A stretch of DNA of 39,122 bases from a virus, in the IMG/VR virus record IMGVR_UViG_3300038607_000022; one strand, given 5' to 3'. A model generated the notes under the pieces. That model ran no database searches. It had not been told where the DNA came from and saw only the letters and a list, made by a program, of their open reading frames with translations. The translations under genes were made by a program, and so were the position numbers. Each line of letters starts with the position of its first letter. Position 1 is the stretch's first letter. This document shows positions 38,996 to 39,122 of this stretch, piece after piece.

Positions 38996-39122
38996 ACGGA
39001 GCGCTTGCGTCTCCGTTAATGAGGGTTATGAACTCATCGGAGCAGTTAAATAGAGTTTATGTAGTAATATAAATCTAAAGCTTAACTAGAGATAAGAAAA
39101 TGAAAACAATACAAGATACAGA
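38996..39122. repeat. Terminal direct repeat, identical to 1-127
   Basis: Exact identity with the window start. Confidence 0.95.

Noticed and set aside
1-39122. Search by eye for tRNA genes, CRISPR arrays, integrase/att sites, reverse transcriptase (DGR or retron) and toxin-antitoxin pairs
   Set aside because: No T-loop/acceptor pattern, no regularly spaced repeat array, no ORF with recombinase or RT motifs, and no template/variable repeat pair was seen. The repeat arrays found (6150-6630, 21393-21617) are in-frame protein repeats.

Overview
The window is one complete tailed dsDNA phage genome. Bases 1-127 repeat exactly at 38996-39122, so the unique length is 38995 bp and the molecule closes into a circle.

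Layout:
- Rightward early genes (36041, through the wrap, to 4863). These include a PAPS-reductase-like cassette, Erf annealase, SSB, small unknown ORFs and a lysis cassette (amidase endolysin, 3TM holin, membrane proteins).
- Rightward structural module (4911-27406). It holds a beta-helix protein, TerS/TerL, portal, MuF/SPP1-gp7-like protein, scaffold, SPP1-gp13-like capsid protein, connector proteins, tail tube, frameshifted chaperone, tape measure, tail-tip proteins, a tailspike and a truncated second beta-helix relic.
- Leftward early operon (35469 down to 27538). It holds replication and regulatory candidates, an orphan C5-methyltransferase, an AP2-domain protein, an RHH protein, NinB-like and Ref-like HNH proteins, and a PD-(D/E)XK resolvase-like nuclease.

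I found no integrase, CI-type repressor, DNA polymerase, tRNA or CRISPR array. Family names come from motif recognition by eye, with no database search.

Most notable observations:
1. The SSB acidic tip (IDFDNSDIPF) lies in the -1 frame. It follows a G_GGA_AAG slippery heptamer with an AGGAGG 14-15 nt upstream.
2. A four-gene leftward island with its own consensus sigma70 promoter interrupts the head module at 11500-12800.
3. A 37-nt hairpin element occurs once in each divergent operon, with three compensatory stem changes.
4. A bipartite box, CATCCGACCACAT-N17-TATAGT, precedes two gene blocks.
5. There are two promoter-plus-terminator small-RNA candidates, one antisense in the leftward operon and one leader-like in the 570-bp control region.
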